Positions 1-10,685 of a DNA stretch of 32,000 nt are shown piece after piece. The DNA is from Candidatus Annandia pinicola (GTDB lineage: Bacteria; Pseudomonadota; Gammaproteobacteria; Enterobacterales; Enterobacteriaceae_A). The notes below the pieces were generated by a model. It saw only the letters and a list, made by a program, of their open reading frames with translations, made no database searches and had not been told where the DNA came from. Positions within the stretch are counted from its first letter, which is position 1, and each line of letters opens with the position of its first letter. The stretch is taken from positions 270,001 through 302,000 of the forward strand of contig NZ_CP045876.1 of the NCBI RefSeq assembly GCF_020541245.1, read 5' to 3'. A program made the position numbers and the translations under genes.

Positions 1-765
1 CATTTTATTATGCCATAAAAAAAATGAATAAGCTGCTTGAGATACTAACATTCCTAAACCATCATATATATTCATACTTTTTTTAGAACACCATTTTAAA
101 AATGAAGTTTTATTTTTACTATACATCATATCATAACAAAATGTTTTTGAATTTATAATATTATCTGATAATTTTGGAATTTTATTATTAATACTACATG
201 ACGTAGCATTAATAATAATATCAAATTTTTTTTTACATAAATTTATATCTTTTATATATTTTATTTTTCCTAAATTTTTAAATTCTTTAGATATATTTTT
301 TGCTTTTTCTATAGTTCTATTTGTAATTGTAATTTTATTATGATATAATAATAATTGGGGGATTATTCCCCTAGCAGCACCACCTGCTCCTATTATTAAA
401 ATTTTTTTTTTTGTATAACAACAAAATAATCTTTTTAAATCATTAATAAAACCTATACCATCAGTATTATCTCCTAATAAATATTTATTTTTAAACCTAG
501 TTATAACATTAACTGATTTAGATAAAATAGCTCTTTTTGTTAATAAATCACATAAATGTAATGCTTTTTTTTTAAATGGTAATGTTATATTAGCTCCGTA
601 ACCTCCAGAATAAAAAAAATTTTTTGAAACAGTAAAAAAATTTTTTTTTGGTATATTTACTTTAGTATAAGAATATATTATATTAGTATTATTAGAAAAT
701 ATTTTATTTATTATAGGAGATTTACTATGATAAACAGGATTTCCAAACAAAGCAATTTTTTTCAT
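1..765 (-). CDS. aroE: Shikimate dehydrogenase AroE, C-terminal end cut by the window edge
   Basis: My own minus-strand translation from ATG (763-765) gives MKKIALFGNPVYHSKSPIINKIF...GGYGANITLPFKK...GDNTDGIGF...IIGAGGAARGI. These are the AroE motifs GNPxxHSxSP, N(V/I)TxPFK, NTDGxG and GAGGAA. The frame stays open to position 1, which is why the ORF track lacks it. Confidence 0.85.
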   Translation of the reverse strand, partial: MKKIALFGNPVYHSKSPIINKIFSNNTNIIYSYTKVNIPKKNFFTVSKNFFYSGGYGANITLPFKKKALHLCDLLTKRAILSKSVNVITRFKNKYLLGDNTDGIGFINDLKRLFCCYTKKKILIIGAGGAARGIIPQLLLYHNKITITNRTIEKAKNISKEFKNLGKIKYIKDINLCKKKFDIIINATSCSINNKIPKLSDNIINSKTFCYDMMYSKNKTSFLKWCSKKSMNIYDGLGMLVSQAAYSFFLWHNKM

Positions 766-910
766 GTTATTTTAATTTCATTTTATTATTTATTTATTTA
801 ATTTTTATATAAATAAAAAAAATATAAAAAAATATTTATTTTAATAAAATAAATAATTATTATTTTATATTTTAATTTAATAAAATTTATTTTTTAAATT
901 AAAAAAAAAT

Positions 911-1426
911 ATGTTAATATCAAATTTATTATATTATCCTGATAAAAGATTACGTTTAAATTCTAAAAAAATAAAAATATTTGGTGAAAAAAACAATTAC
1001 TTAATAAAAAATATGTTAAAAATTATGTATGATAATGTAGGAATTGGTTTAGCTGCTAATCAAATAAATGTTCAAAAACAAATTATAGTAATTGATATCT
1101 CGAATGATCATAATAAACCTTTAATATTGATAAATCCTAAATTTATATATAAAAATAATTTATCACATAATCATGAAGGGTGTATTTCTATACCTAATTA
1201 TATGAATTCAATTCCAAGATTTAAAATAATAATAATAGAAGCTTATGATCAATATGGTAAATTATTTAGATTAAAAGCTTCTAATTTATTATCTTTTTGT
1301 ATTCAACATGAAATGGATCATTTAATAGGTAAGTTAATTATTGATTATTTACCATTTTATAAAATAGAAACAATTAAAAATAAATATTTAAAGTTAAAAA
1401 AAAATACTATTATTAGGAGTTTTTAA
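911..1426 (+). CDS. def: Peptide deformylase
   Basis: 171-aa ORF with the three deformylase motifs GIGLAANQ, HEGCISIP and QHEMDHLIG. It sits immediately upstream of fmt, as in Enterobacterales. Confidence 0.93.
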   Translation: MLISNLLYYPDKRLRLNSKKIKIFGEKNNYLIKNMLKIMYDNVGIGLAANQINVQKQIIVIDISNDHNKPLILINPKFIYKNNLSHNHEGCISIPNYMNSIPRFKIIIIEAYDQYGKLFRLKASNLLSFCIQHEMDHLIGKLIIDYLPFYKIETIKNKYLKLKKNTIIRSF

Positions 1427-2365
1427 TTGTTAAAATCATTAAAAATAATTTTTATTGGAACTTCATTTATTGCTGAAAAATATTTAAAATATCTATTTAA
1501 ATTAAAATATAAAATTATTGCTATTATTACTAAATATGATAAATTATTGGATAAAAAAAAAAAATATTCAAAAATTAAAATTTTATCTAAATATTATAAA
1601 ATACCTATTTTACAACCTAAATTTTTATTAGATATATATTATAAAATATTTTTTTTAAAACCAGATATAATTATTATTTCTTCATATGGTAATATTATAC
1701 CTAAAAAAATTTTTAATATTCCAAAATTTGGTTGTATTAATGTACATTTTTCTATTTTACCTAGATGGAGGGGTTCATCACCAATACAACATGCAATATT
1801 GTATGGAGATAAAAAAACAGGTGTTACAATTATAAAAATTAATAAATATTTAGATGAAGGAGATATTATATTTAAAAGTATTTGTATTATTAAAGATAAA
1901 GATAATATTAATAATTTATATAAAAAAATAATTTATATAGGAATTGAAAGTTTAATAATATCTTTAAATTTAATTGTAAAAAAAAAATTTTTATTAGAAA
2001 AACAAAATAATTTTTATTCAACTTATGCATATAAAATAAAAAAAAAAAATGCTAGAATTAAATGGTATTTACCAGCAATTTTTTTAAAAAGATTTATAAA
2101 AGCATTTAATTTATGGCCAGTATGTTTTTTTTTAATAAAAAAAATATATATAAAAGTTTTTAAAATAGATGTTAATTTTATTAAAAATAATAAATATAAT
2201 ATAGGAGAAATTATAAGTATTAATAATAATGGAATTAATATTAATACTATTAGTGGTATTTTAATTTTAAAAGAAATTCAATTTTCAGGTAAAAATAAAG
2301 TTAAAGTTAAAAAAAATTTGAATAATATTTATAATATTTTTATTTTAAAAAATATAATTAATTAA
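1427..2365 (+). CDS. fmt: Methionyl-tRNA formyltransferase
   Basis: 312-aa ORF with a TTG start directly after the def stop. It has the fmt-like N-terminal IIFIGT and the NVHFSILPRWRGSSPIQHAIL core, in def-fmt synteny. Confidence 0.88.
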   Translation: MLKSLKIIFIGTSFIAEKYLKYLFKLKYKIIAIITKYDKLLDKKKKYSKIKILSKYYKIPILQPKFLLDIYYKIFFLKPDIIIISSYGNIIPKKIFNIPKFGCINVHFSILPRWRGSSPIQHAILYGDKKTGVTIIKINKYLDEGDIIFKSICIIKDKDNINNLYKKIIYIGIESLIISLNLIVKKKFLLEKQNNFYSTYAYKIKKKNARIKWYLPAIFLKRFIKAFNLWPVCFFLIKKIYIKVFKIDVNFIKNNKYNIGEIISINNNGININTISGILILKEIQFSGKNKVKVKKNLNNIYNIFILKNIIN

Positions 2366-2514
2366 ATAAATTATAAAAAATTATGTTTTATAAAAATTGT
2401 AATTTGTATGATATTTATAGTTAAAATTAAGTCTAAAAAAAAAAAAGTTAGGTAGGGCCAATGTATTTTTTTTTAAATTTTTAAAAATTTTATAAATTAA
2501 TTTGTTTTTTTTTA

Positions 2515-2525
2515 GGGGGGGGGGG
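2515..2525. repeat. Isolated G11 homopolymer (C11 on the minus strand) in the fmt-rplQ spacer
   Basis: Counted directly: ...TTTTTTTTTA-GGGGGGGGGGG-TTAGTTTGAG. Confidence 0.9.
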
Positions 2526-2654
2526 TTAGTTTGAGTTTAATATTAAAATAGTGAAAATTTAGTAAAAAAAATTATAATTAATATTAAAATAATTTATCAT
2601 TTTATAATTGTAAAAATAAAATAAAAAAAACTAAATATTTAATAATTGTAAATA

Positions 2655-3026
2655 TTAAGAAAATTTAAAATAAAAATCTTTAAACATAATATAAGACATC
2701 ATTGCTCCATCATTACGACGATAATTATATTTTATAATTTTAGTATAACCTCCATTTTCATTTTTTAATCTAGGACCTAAAATATTAAATAATTTTATTA
2801 TTGCTTCTTTACTTCTTAAAATTGAAAATAAAATAATTCTATTATGATGATTATCTTGTTTAGAAATACTGATAATAGGTTCAATTGTTTTTTTTAATAA
2901 TTTTGCTTTAGTTGAAGTAGTTTTTATCATTTCAAAATTTATTAAACTAACAATCATATTTCTTAACATAGATTTTAAATGACTTCTTGTACGATTTAAT
3001 TTTTTACCATATTTTAGATGCCTCAT
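2655..3026 (-). CDS. rplQ: 50S ribosomal protein L17
   Basis: The N-terminus [24 protein letters not shown] matches E. coli L17 ([24 protein letters not shown]). It is the last gene of the alpha operon. Confidence 0.95.
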   Translation of the reverse strand: MRHLKYGKKLNRTRSHLKSMLRNMIVSLINFEMIKTTSTKAKLLKKTIEPIISISKQDNHHNRIILFSILRSKEAIIKLFNILGPRLKNENGGYTKIIKYNYRRNDGAMMSYIMFKDFYFKFS

Positions 3027-4053
3027 AAGTTATTCCTTTTTTTTTATTTTTACTGTTTTCTTCTTGTAATTCTTTTTTTTTATCTTGCCAATTATCTAGT
3101 ATAGTTCCTAAATGTAATCCATGATAAGATAAAATAATTTTTATTTCTGAAATTGATTTTTTTCCTAAATTTGGAGTACTAATTAATTCTGATTCCTTAA
3201 TTTGTACTAAATCACCTACATAGTATATTACTTCTGATTTTAAACAATTAATAGCTCTTACAGGTAATTCTAAAATATCTATTGGATATAATAATATTGG
3301 ATTAAATTCAGGTAATTCTTCTTCAGGTTCTATTTCAGTAGTATCAGTTAAATTTACAAATGTTTGCAATTGTGAAGATAAAATTCTAGATGCATAACGA
3401 ATAGCATATTCTGGAGTCATAACACTATTAGTTTCAACATATAAAATTAATTTATCAAAATTAGTGTTTTTACCGATACGAGAAGATTCAACATTATACA
3501 TTACATGTTTTATAGGGCTATAATAAGCATCTAACATTATACAATCTTTGCTATATTCATCTCTTGTACTATTAGTATCAGTATCATATGCAGGTTCATA
3601 TCCTTTTCCAGCTTGAACTTTCATTCTCATACAAATAGAAGAGCTTTCACTAGTTAAATGACATATAACATGTTTTTTATCATATATTTTAACATTTTTA
3701 TTATGATAAATATCTCCAGATAAAACAGGGCCAATTCCTTTTTTATTTAAGTATATAAAAGCATGGGTATTTTCAATAATTCTACATGATATTTGTTTTA
3801 TATTTAATATAATTTCTGAAATATCTTCCCTTAAACCTATTTTATATTCATATTCATGTCTAATATTTTTAATCATTATTTGAGTTATCGCATAACCTGG
3901 TATTAATGACATTAATGTTCTTCTTAATGAATTTCCTAAAGTATGACCTAAACCTTTTTCTAAGGGTTCAATTGTTACTTTTGATTTTTTAAGGCTTTCA
4001 TTTTCAATTTTTATTAAATTAGGAAAAGAAAAAAATTTTTCATTTATTTCCAT
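3004..4053 (-). CDS. rpoA: DNA-directed RNA polymerase alpha subunit
   Basis: 349-aa ORF with [21 protein letters not shown] in the N-terminal domain and a C-terminal domain ([11 protein letters not shown]...[10 protein letters not shown]). It lies in the rpsD-rpoA-rplQ order. It is about 20 aa longer than E. coli at the C-terminus and overlaps rplQ by 23 nt. Confidence 0.95.
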   Translation of the reverse strand: MEINEKFFSFPNLIKIENESLKKSKVTIEPLEKGLGHTLGNSLRRTLMSLIPGYAITQIMIKNIRHEYEYKIGLREDISEIILNIKQISCRIIENTHAFIYLNKKGIGPVLSGDIYHNKNVKIYDKKHVICHLTSESSSICMRMKVQAGKGYEPAYDTDTNSTRDEYSKDCIMLDAYYSPIKHVMYNVESSRIGKNTNFDKLILYVETNSVMTPEYAIRYASRILSSQLQTFVNLTDTTEIEPEEELPEFNPILLYPIDILELPVRAINCLKSEVIYYVGDLVQIKESELISTPNLGKKSISEIKIILSYHGLHLGTILDNWQDKKKELQEENSKNKKKGITYEASKIW

Positions 4054-4077
4054 AATATTTCCAATATAATATATTAT

Positions 4078-4698
4078 TTATTTAGAATAAAATTCTATAA
4101 TTAAATGCTCGTTAATTTCTTCTAAAATTTCTTTTCTATGAGGCATTCTAATAATAATACCTTCCATATAATTTTTATTTATCATTAACCATAATGGTTT
4201 TGGTTTAATTTTATTTATTTCTAAACATTTTTTTATTTTTTTTTTTATTTTACAATTTTTTTTTATACTAATTATATCTGATATAGAGACTAAATATGAA
4301 GGTATATTTACTATATTATAATTAATCATTATATTATTATGATTAATTAACTGACGTGCTTCTAATCTAGTAGAAGATAACCCCATTCTATAAACTATAT
4401 TATCAAGACGCCTTTCTATTACTATTAATAAATTTTCTCCAGTATTTCCTTTTAGTTTTTTTGCTAGTTTATAATAATTACTGAATTGATTTTCTAAAAT
4501 TCCATAAATACGTTTTAATTTTTGTTTTTCTCTTAATTGAGTTCCATAATCTGAAATTCTTATTTTTTTTGCACCATGTTGACCAGGATATGTACTAAAT
4601 TTACATTTAGTTTCAATATTTCTTATACCTGATTTTAAAAATAAATCTGTTTTTTCACGACGACTAAGTTTTAATTTAGGTCCTAAATATTTAGACAT
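4078..4698 (-). CDS. rpsD: 30S ribosomal protein S4
   Basis: [24 protein letters not shown]... is the typical S4 N-terminus. The ORF is 206 aa and in alpha-operon position. Confidence 0.96.
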   Translation of the reverse strand: MSKYLGPKLKLSRREKTDLFLKSGIRNIETKCKFSTYPGQHGAKKIRISDYGTQLREKQKLKRIYGILENQFSNYYKLAKKLKGNTGENLLIVIERRLDNIVYRMGLSSTRLEARQLINHNNIMINYNIVNIPSYLVSISDIISIKKNCKIKKKIKKCLEINKIKPKPLWLMINKNYMEGIIIRMPHRKEILEEINEHLIIEFYSK

Positions 4699-4734
4699 TT
4701 TTATTTATTTTATATTCCTATTTTATAATTTTAA

Positions 4735-5115
4735 TTATACTCTACGTTTTTTAGGAGGCCTACAACCATTATGAGGTATTGGTGTAATATCATAAATATT
4801 AGTAATATTAAAATTTAAAGTATTAAATACACGAATTGCTGATTCTCTACCAGGTCCAGGACCATTTACCATAATAATTAAATTTTTTATACCATAATTT
4901 TTTGCTAATGCTGCACAAGTTTCAGCTGCAGTTTGAGATGCAAAAGGAGTTGATTTTCTAGAGCCTCTAAATCCTGAACCTCCTGAAGTTTTCCATCCTA
5001 AAGTATTACCAAATCTATCAGTAACAGTAATTATTGTATTATTAAATGATGCATAAATATGAATAATACCATCAATATATTGTTTTTCTAATTTTTTTTT
5101 TTTTGTTTTTACCAT
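4735..5115 (-). CDS. rpsK: 30S ribosomal protein S11
   Basis: Conserved S11 core: [16 protein letters not shown]...[14 protein letters not shown]...[12 protein letters not shown]. Confidence 0.96.
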   Translation of the reverse strand: MVKTKKKKLEKQYIDGIIHIYASFNNTIITVTDRFGNTLGWKTSGGSGFRGSRKSTPFASQTAAETCAALAKNYGIKNLIIMVNGPGPGRESAIRVFNTLNFNITNIYDITPIPHNGCRPPKKRRV

Positions 5116-5137
5116 ATTAATTTTACCTAATATTTAT

Positions 5138-5494
5138 TTATTTTTTAATAGATTTTTTTGGTCCTTTACGTGTTCTAGCATTAGTTTTAGTTCTTTGGCC
5201 TCTTACTGGTAATTTTCTTCGATGAAAAACACCTCTATAACATTTTAAATCTATTAATCTTTTAATATTTAATATTAACTTTCTTTTTAAATCACCTTCA
5301 ACTATTAATTTAGATATTTCTTTTCTTAAAATTTCTTTTTGTATACTTGATAATAAATTAGTTTTAACATTATCTTTTATATTAGCAATTTTACATATTT
5401 TTTTTGAAATATTTTTACCAATTCCATATATATATGTTAATGCTATTATAGTTCGTTTATTATCAGGAATGTTTATACCTGCAAAAAGAGCCAA
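5138..5494 (-). CDS. rpsM: 30S ribosomal protein S13
   Basis: [26 protein letters not shown]..., compared with E. coli MARIAGINIP. TTG start, 118 aa. Confidence 0.95.
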   Translation of the reverse strand: MALFAGINIPDNKRTIIALTYIYGIGKNISKKICKIANIKDNVKTNLLSSIQKEILRKEISKLIVEGDLKRKLILNIKRLIDLKCYRGVFHRRKLPVRGQRTKTNARTRKGPKKSIKK

Positions 5495-5556
5495 TTTTAA
5501 CTCCTATATTTAAAAATATTATTATTAATTTTAATTATTAATTGTAATAATAAAAA

Positions 5557-5673
5557 TTAACCCTGTCTTTGTTTATGTCTTGGTTTTGCTTCACAAATTA
5601 AACGAACAATTCTTTTACGACGAATAATTTTACATTTATGACACAATTTTTTAACTGATGCTTTAACTTTCAT
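5557..5673 (-). CDS. rpmJ: 50S ribosomal protein L36
   Basis: Not in the ORF track because it is under 60 aa. My translation is [38 protein letters not shown], 38 aa, close to E. coli L36. It lies between secY and rpsM as expected. Confidence 0.93.
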   Translation of the reverse strand: MKVKASVKKLCHKCKIIRRKRIVRLICEAKPRHKQRQG

Positions 5674-5696
5674 ATAAATTCCTATTAAAAAAAATA

Positions 5697-6965
5697 TTAA
5701 TTTAAAAAAATATTTTTTTTATAATTATATTCATTATTTAATTTTATAGTTTCAATTTGTTTAATACATTCCATAATAGTAATTATAATTATTAATAAAG
5801 AAATTCCATTTAAATAAAAAGGTAATTTAGTAAAATATTTAATTAATTCAGGAATTAAACAAATTATAGAAATATATATAGAACTTATGAATGTTAATTT
5901 TTTTATAATTTTATATAAAAATTTTTTAGTTTTTAATCCTGGCATTATACCTGGTATTATAATATCTGATTTTTTTAAATATTTAGATATTTCCATATCT
6001 TCAAATATTATATTATTATATGTAAAACAAAAAACAATAATAACAAAAATATATAATAATAAATTTAATATTTGACATAATAATAAAAATGTATTATCAT
6101 TATTTAATGAAGATATTATAAAATTATGATATCTTAAAATTAAAAGTTTAATTATAAACATTAAACTTGATGAAAATATTGCTGGCATAATACCAGAAAT
6201 ATTAATTTTAAATGATAAATAAATATTTTTTTTAATTTTATTATAATTATTATTTAAATATTCTACTATTATTTTTTTATTACTATTTTCTATAATAATA
6301 ATTAATAAAATTATAAAAATTGTAATTATATTAAAAATAATAAATTCAAATATTGTAATATTATTTAATTTTATTTGATTTATTATATTAAAAAAACAAT
6401 ATGGTAATTTAGATAAAATATTAATACATATAATAATAGAAATACCATTTTCAAAACTATATTTTGTAATTTGATCTCCTAACCATATTAAAAACATTGT
6501 TCCTGTTACTAAACTAATAGTATTAATAAAATATGTAACAAATAAATTATTACATAATATTAATTCAGATGTATTAAATGAATTTAATAAAACTGAAGTA
6601 ATAATAATTGATTGTATAATAGATAATATTAAAGCAGTATATTTAATATATTTATTTATTATAAAATTGCTATTTATATCATTTTTTTTAATATTTAATA
6701 TTTTTTTATTTAAAATATTTAATGTTTGTATAAAAATAGATGATGATATATAAGGTATTAATCCTAAAGTAAAAATAGATGCATGTAATAAAGCACCACC
6801 TGAATATATATTTAATAATTCAATAAAATTATTATTATTGTAATTAATAATTTTATTAAAATTATTAATATTAATACTTGGAATAGGAATAAAAGAACCT
6901 ATACGTAAAAATATAATTGATATTAATAAAAAACATAATCTATATTTTAATTCTTTTTTTTTCAT
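5697..6965 (-). CDS. secY: Preprotein translocase subunit SecY
   Basis: 422-aa polytopic membrane ORF with [25 protein letters not shown] (SecY TM2 signature). It lies between rplO and rpmJ. Confidence 0.93.
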   Translation of the reverse strand: MKKKELKYRLCFLLISIIFLRIGSFIPIPSININNFNKIINYNNNNFIELLNIYSGGALLHASIFTLGLIPYISSSIFIQTLNILNKKILNIKKNDINSNFIINKYIKYTALILSIIQSIIITSVLLNSFNTSELILCNNLFVTYFINTISLVTGTMFLIWLGDQITKYSFENGISIIICINILSKLPYCFFNIINQIKLNNITIFEFIIFNIITIFIILLIIIIENSNKKIIVEYLNNNYNKIKKNIYLSFKINISGIMPAIFSSSLMFIIKLLILRYHNFIISSLNNDNTFLLLCQILNLLLYIFVIIVFCFTYNNIIFEDMEISKYLKKSDIIIPGIMPGLKTKKFLYKIIKKLTFISSIYISIICLIPELIKYFTKLPFYLNGISLLIIIITIMECIKQIETIKLNNEYNYKKNIFLN

Positions 6966-6989
6966 ATTAAAATAAACTAATTAACATTT

Positions 6990-7424
6990 TTAAGTATCAA
7001 CAACCCCACCTAAATTTTTTATTTTTATATAAGATTTTAAAGTAGTTTTTATATTACAAATTATTTTTCTAGAATATATTTTTCCAAAAAGAATAATTTT
7101 TATATTTTTAATATTTTTTTTAATTAAATTATATTTTTTTAATGTATAAATATCTATAACAGTATTTTTAATAATATTTAAATTAGATAATTTAATCTCT
7201 TGTGTTAAAATGTTTTTTTTTGTTTTAAATCCAAATTTTGGTAATCTACGATATAATGGTGTTTGACCTCCTTCAAATCCTCTTTTTATTTTTCCACCAG
7301 ATCTAGATTTTTGTCCTTTATGACCTTTACCACATGTTTTACCGTAACAAGAACCAATACCTCTACCTAATCTTTTTTTTTTCTTTTTAGTACCTTTATT
7401 ATAAGATAAATTATTTAAATACAT
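6990..7424 (-). CDS. rplO: 50S ribosomal protein L15
   Basis: [27 protein letters not shown] is the glycine-rich L15 N-terminus. 144 aa, spc-operon position. Confidence 0.95.
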   Translation of the reverse strand: MYLNNLSYNKGTKKKKKRLGRGIGSCYGKTCGKGHKGQKSRSGGKIKRGFEGGQTPLYRRLPKFGFKTKKNILTQEIKLSNLNIIKNTVIDIYTLKKYNLIKKNIKNIKIILFGKIYSRKIICNIKTTLKSYIKIKNLGGVVDT

Positions 7425-7427
7425 ATA

Positions 7428-7604
7428 TTATTTTCCAATTTTTATCATATAACTTATTAAATTAATCATACCTCTTATAGATTCTGTATCTTTTCTTAAA
7501 ACAGTATGACCAATTTTTTTTAAACCCAAACCATTTAATGTAGCTTTATGTTTTGGTAATATTCCTATTGAACTTTTAATTTGAGTAATATAAATTTTAT
7601 TCAT
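7428..7604 (-). CDS. rpmD: 50S ribosomal protein L30
   Basis: Not in the ORF track because it is under 60 aa. My translation is [58 protein letters not shown], close to E. coli L30 ([30 protein letters not shown]). Confidence 0.93.
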   Translation of the reverse strand: MNKIYITQIKSSIGILPKHKATLNGLGLKKIGHTVLRKDTESIRGMINLISYMIKIGK

Positions 7605-7629
7605 ATATTATTTTATAATTTAGTTTTTT

Positions 7630-8115
7630 TTATAAATAAATTTTACCTCTTTTTTGATAAATTTTTTTAGGTGATTGAATATTTATTAAACCATTAATAG
7701 TAGCTTTAACTACATTTATAGGATTTGTAGATCCGTAAGATTTAGCTAATATATCACTAATTCCAGATACTTCTAATAAAGATCTCATTGCTCCTCCCGC
7801 AATAATTCCAGTACCAGGAGATGCTGGTTTCATAAAAATAGTTGATCCTGTATAATGACTTTTAATTGCATAATGTATAGTATTATCATTTAATTCTATT
7901 TTAATTAATTTTTTTTTTGCTTTATCTATTCCTTTTTTTATAGCTATAGGAACTTCACGGGATTTACCATAACCAAATCCAATTAAACCATTACAGTTTC
8001 CTACAACCATAAGAGCTGTAAATGAGAAAACTCTACCTCCTTTTACAGTTTTAGAAACACGATTAACAGCTACAAGTTTTTCTTTTAATTTTTCTTTATT
8101 TTTTTTTTTTAACAA
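7630..8115 (-). CDS. rpsE: 30S ribosomal protein S5
   Basis: [26 protein letters not shown]...[17 protein letters not shown] is the S5 core. 161 aa. Confidence 0.96.
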   Translation of the reverse strand: MLKKKNKEKLKEKLVAVNRVSKTVKGGRVFSFTALMVVGNCNGLIGFGYGKSREVPIAIKKGIDKAKKKLIKIELNDNTIHYAIKSHYTGSTIFMKPASPGTGIIAGGAMRSLLEVSGISDILAKSYGSTNPINVVKATINGLINIQSPKKIYQKRGKIYL

Positions 8116-8139
8116 TTTACATACCTTATAATTAAAATA

Positions 8140-8499
8140 TTAAAATATTAAACCATTTTTTCTAGCGGATTTAGCTAATTCAAGTATACATCCATGATAT
8201 TTAAAACCAGATCTATCAAATGCAACTTTATTAATTCCTATATTTAATGATCTTTTAGCTATTATTTTTCCTATAACACTAGCTGAATTTTTATTTTTAG
8301 TATAATTTATTTGTTTTCTAATTTTTTTTTCTAAAGTTGATGCTGATACTAATACTCGTGAATCATCTTTATATATTATTATTTGTGCATATATATGACG
8401 TAATGTTTTATTAACTACCAATACTATATTTTTATTTTTTCTTATTTTGTATCTTATATGAATTGCACGATTTAAACGACGCTTTTTTTTATTAATCAT
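8140..8499 (-). CDS. rplR: 50S ribosomal protein L18
   Basis: RHIYAQII...AFDRSGFKYHGCILELAKSARKNGLIF matches the L18 C-terminus (FDRSGFQYHGRV...AREAGLQF). Confidence 0.95.
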   Translation of the reverse strand: MINKKKRRLNRAIHIRYKIRKNKNIVLVVNKTLRHIYAQIIIYKDDSRVLVSASTLEKKIRKQINYTKNKNSASVIGKIIAKRSLNIGINKVAFDRSGFKYHGCILELAKSARKNGLIF

Positions 8500-8500
8500 A

Positions 8501-9034
8501 TTATTTTTTCTTAGCTTCTTTAAGATTTATTATTTCATCACTATAACGAATACCTTTACCTTTATAAAGTTCTGGTTTTCTATAAGATCTTATATTAGCA
8601 GCAACTTGACCTATAGATTGTTTATTTATACTTTTAAGAACAATTTCATTTTGTGATAAACATACTGCATTAACATCTTTTGGTAATTTATAAATAATAG
8701 TATGAGAATAACCTAAAAAAAATTCAATAATATTATTTTTTATAGAAGCTCTATAACCTATACCGATAATATTTAATTTTTTAGTAAAACCTTTAGTAAT
8801 TCCAATAATCATATTATTAACGATCGATCTTATTGTTCCTGATTGTATCCAACTATTTTTATTATCTTTGTAAGGTTTAAATATTATTTTATTTTTAATT
8901 TTTTCAATTTTAACTAATCTATTTATATTAACTATTAGTTTATTTATATTATTTTTTATAATAATTTTATTATTTTTAATTTTTACTTTTATTTTTTCGG
9001 GTATTACAATTGGTATTTTAGCAACACGAGACAT
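8501..9034 (-). CDS. rplF: 50S ribosomal protein L6
   Basis: MSRVAKIPIVIPEKIKV... and ...RSYRKPELYKGKGIRY are L6 signatures. 177 aa. Confidence 0.95.
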   Translation of the reverse strand: MSRVAKIPIVIPEKIKVKIKNNKIIIKNNINKLIVNINRLVKIEKIKNKIIFKPYKDNKNSWIQSGTIRSIVNNMIIGITKGFTKKLNIIGIGYRASIKNNIIEFFLGYSHTIIYKLPKDVNAVCLSQNEIVLKSINKQSIGQVAANIRSYRKPELYKGKGIRYSDEIINLKEAKKK

Positions 9035-9064
9035 TTAAATTATTTTCCCTCCTTAATTATTTTT

Positions 9065-9460
9065 TTAAGATACATAACAAATAATTTCACCACCTAGACC
9101 ATATTTACGAGCGTTATGATCTGTCATTAATCCTTTAGAAGTTGATACTATTGCTATACCCAATCCTGCAATTATTTTAGGTAAATTATTTTTATTTTTA
9201 TATATTCTTAAACTTGGTTTACTTACACGATTTATATTATATATAACTGATTTATTTTTAAAGTATCTTAATTTAATTTCCAATATTTTTTTTTTATTTT
9301 TATTAATAATATTAAAATCTTCAATATATCCTTCTTCTTTTAAAATTTTAGAAATAGAATTCTTTAATTTTGAAGAATACATAGTAATTTTTTTTTTTTT
9401 TACAATTTGACTATTACGAATATGATTTATCATATCAGATATAGGATCTTGTATATTCAT
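9065..9460 (-). CDS. rpsH: 30S ribosomal protein S8
   Basis: [18 protein letters not shown]... and ...[33 protein letters not shown] are the S8 termini. Confidence 0.96.
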   Translation of the reverse strand: MNIQDPISDMINHIRNSQIVKKKKITMYSSKLKNSISKILKEEGYIEDFNIINKNKKKILEIKLRYFKNKSVIYNINRVSKPSLRIYKNKNNLPKIIAGLGIAIVSTSKGLMTDHNARKYGLGGEIICYVS

Positions 9461-9492
9461 TTATATATATATTTCCTATTTTTTTTTATAAT

Positions 9493-9798
9493 TTACCAAC
9501 TTGATTTTGTTAATCCAGGAATATCTCCACGCATAGCAAACTCACGTAATTTAATACGACTTAAACCAAATCTTCTTATGAAAGAATTTGCTCTTCCTGT
9601 TTGTTTACATCTATTTCTTTGACGAATTGTACTAGAATCTCTAGGTAATTTTTGTAATTTTATAATTGCATCCCAACGATCTTCTTTTTTTATTTTTATA
9701 TCTTTAATTATTTTTTTTAATAATTCTCTTTTCTTAAAAAATTTTTTTGATAACCTTATACGTTTATTATTTCTTTCTATTAAGCTTTTTTTAGCCAT
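9493..9798 (-). CDS. rpsN: 30S ribosomal protein S14
   Basis: [13 protein letters not shown]... and ...[34 protein letters not shown] form the long-form S14. 101 aa. Confidence 0.96.
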   Translation of the reverse strand: MAKKSLIERNNKRIRLSKKFFKKRELLKKIIKDIKIKKEDRWDAIIKLQKLPRDSSTIRQRNRCKQTGRANSFIRRFGLSRIKLREFAMRGDIPGLTKSSW

Positions 9799-9809
9799 TA
9801 AATTATCCT

Positions 9810-10352
9810 TTATTTACGGAAAGGAAAATTAAGTTCAGATAATAAATTAAATGCTTCATTATTATTTTTAGCAGTAGTTATAATATTAATGTCTAAACCC
9901 CTAATACGATCAATTTTATTATAATTAATTTCTGGAAATATTATTTGTTCTTTAATTCCTAAATTATAATTACCATAACCATCAAAGGACTTTTTAGATA
10001 AACCACGGAAATCTCTAATACGAGGTATAGCAATATGTATTAATTTTTTTAAAAATTCCCACATAATATTTTTTCTTAATGTTACTTTACAACCAATAGG
10101 AAATCCTTTTCTTATTTTAAAACCAGCTATAGATTTTTTTGTTTTAGTTATTATTGGTTTTCTCCCTGTAATAGCAGTTAAATCAGATAATGCATAATTT
10201 AAAGTTTTTTTATCATTAAAATTACTTCCAATACCTATATTTAATATAATTTTAATTAATCTCGGTACTTGCATAACTGAATAATAATATGACTTTAACA
10301 TTATTTTTTTAATTACATTATTTTTATAAAACTTTTTTAAATTTATTTCCAT
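9810..10352 (-). CDS. rplE: 50S ribosomal protein L5
   Basis: [21 protein letters not shown]...[28 protein letters not shown] is the L5 core. I place the start at the internal ATG (10350-10352, [13 protein letters not shown]...), which matches the E. coli length and avoids a 20-nt overlap with rplX. The ORF track's start at 10382 remains possible. Confidence 0.9.
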   Translation of the reverse strand: MEINLKKFYKNNVIKKIMLKSYYYSVMQVPRLIKIILNIGIGSNFNDKKTLNYALSDLTAITGRKPIITKTKKSIAGFKIRKGFPIGCKVTLRKNIMWEFLKKLIHIAIPRIRDFRGLSKKSFDGYGNYNLGIKEQIIFPEINYNKIDRIRGLDINIITTAKNNNEAFNLLSELNFPFRK

Positions 10353-10362
10353 ATATTTCCAT

Positions 10363-10674
10363 TTATATAATATTAAATCCATTTGATTTGAAAAATCTTA
10401 TTTTTTTACCTAATACAAATTTAAATTTTATTTTATCTGCTTTGTTTGTATAAGGATTAAAAATAGCAATGTTAGAAATATTTATATAATTTTCTTTAGG
10501 TATAATACCGTAAATTTTTTTTATTTTAGAAACTTTTAAATGTTTTCTTTTTATATTTAAATTATATATTAAAACCTTACCATTATTAAAAATATTTTTA
10601 ACTATACTAATTTTACCCTTATCTTTACCTTTTGTAATAATTATATAATCTCTATTTTTAATTTTATATTTCAT
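10363..10674 (-). CDS. rplX: 50S ribosomal protein L24
   Basis: [28 protein letters not shown]... is a KOW-type L24 N-terminus. 103 aa, between rplN and rplE. Confidence 0.92.
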   Translation of the reverse strand: MKYKIKNRDYIIITKGKDKGKISIVKNIFNNGKVLIYNLNIKRKHLKVSKIKKIYGIIPKENYINISNIAIFNPYTNKADKIKFKFVLGKKIRFFKSNGFNII

Positions 10675-10685
10675 TTATTTACCTT

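Noticed and set aside
2448-2474. Rho-independent terminator for fmt (GC island GTTAGGTAGGGCCAATG followed by T9)
   Set aside because: The T-run is present, but I cannot draw a stable stem-loop from the preceding bases because there is no complementary arm.
5887-6075. 62-aa ORF antisense to secY
   Set aside because: It is fully nested antisense in a well-supported gene, low-complexity (I/N/F/K), and has no recognisable motif. Such ORFs are expected by chance in A/T-rich coding DNA.
9407-9622. 71-aa ORF antisense to rpsH/rpsN
   Set aside because: It overlaps two conserved r-protein genes on the opposite strand and has no motif, so it is spurious.
10353-10382. Upstream start for rplE ([10 protein letters not shown]...) given by the ORF track
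   Set aside because: It adds 10 residues with no counterpart in L5 and creates a 20-nt overlap with rplX. The internal ATG at 10350-10352 fits the E. coli L5 length. It is not excluded, only less likely.
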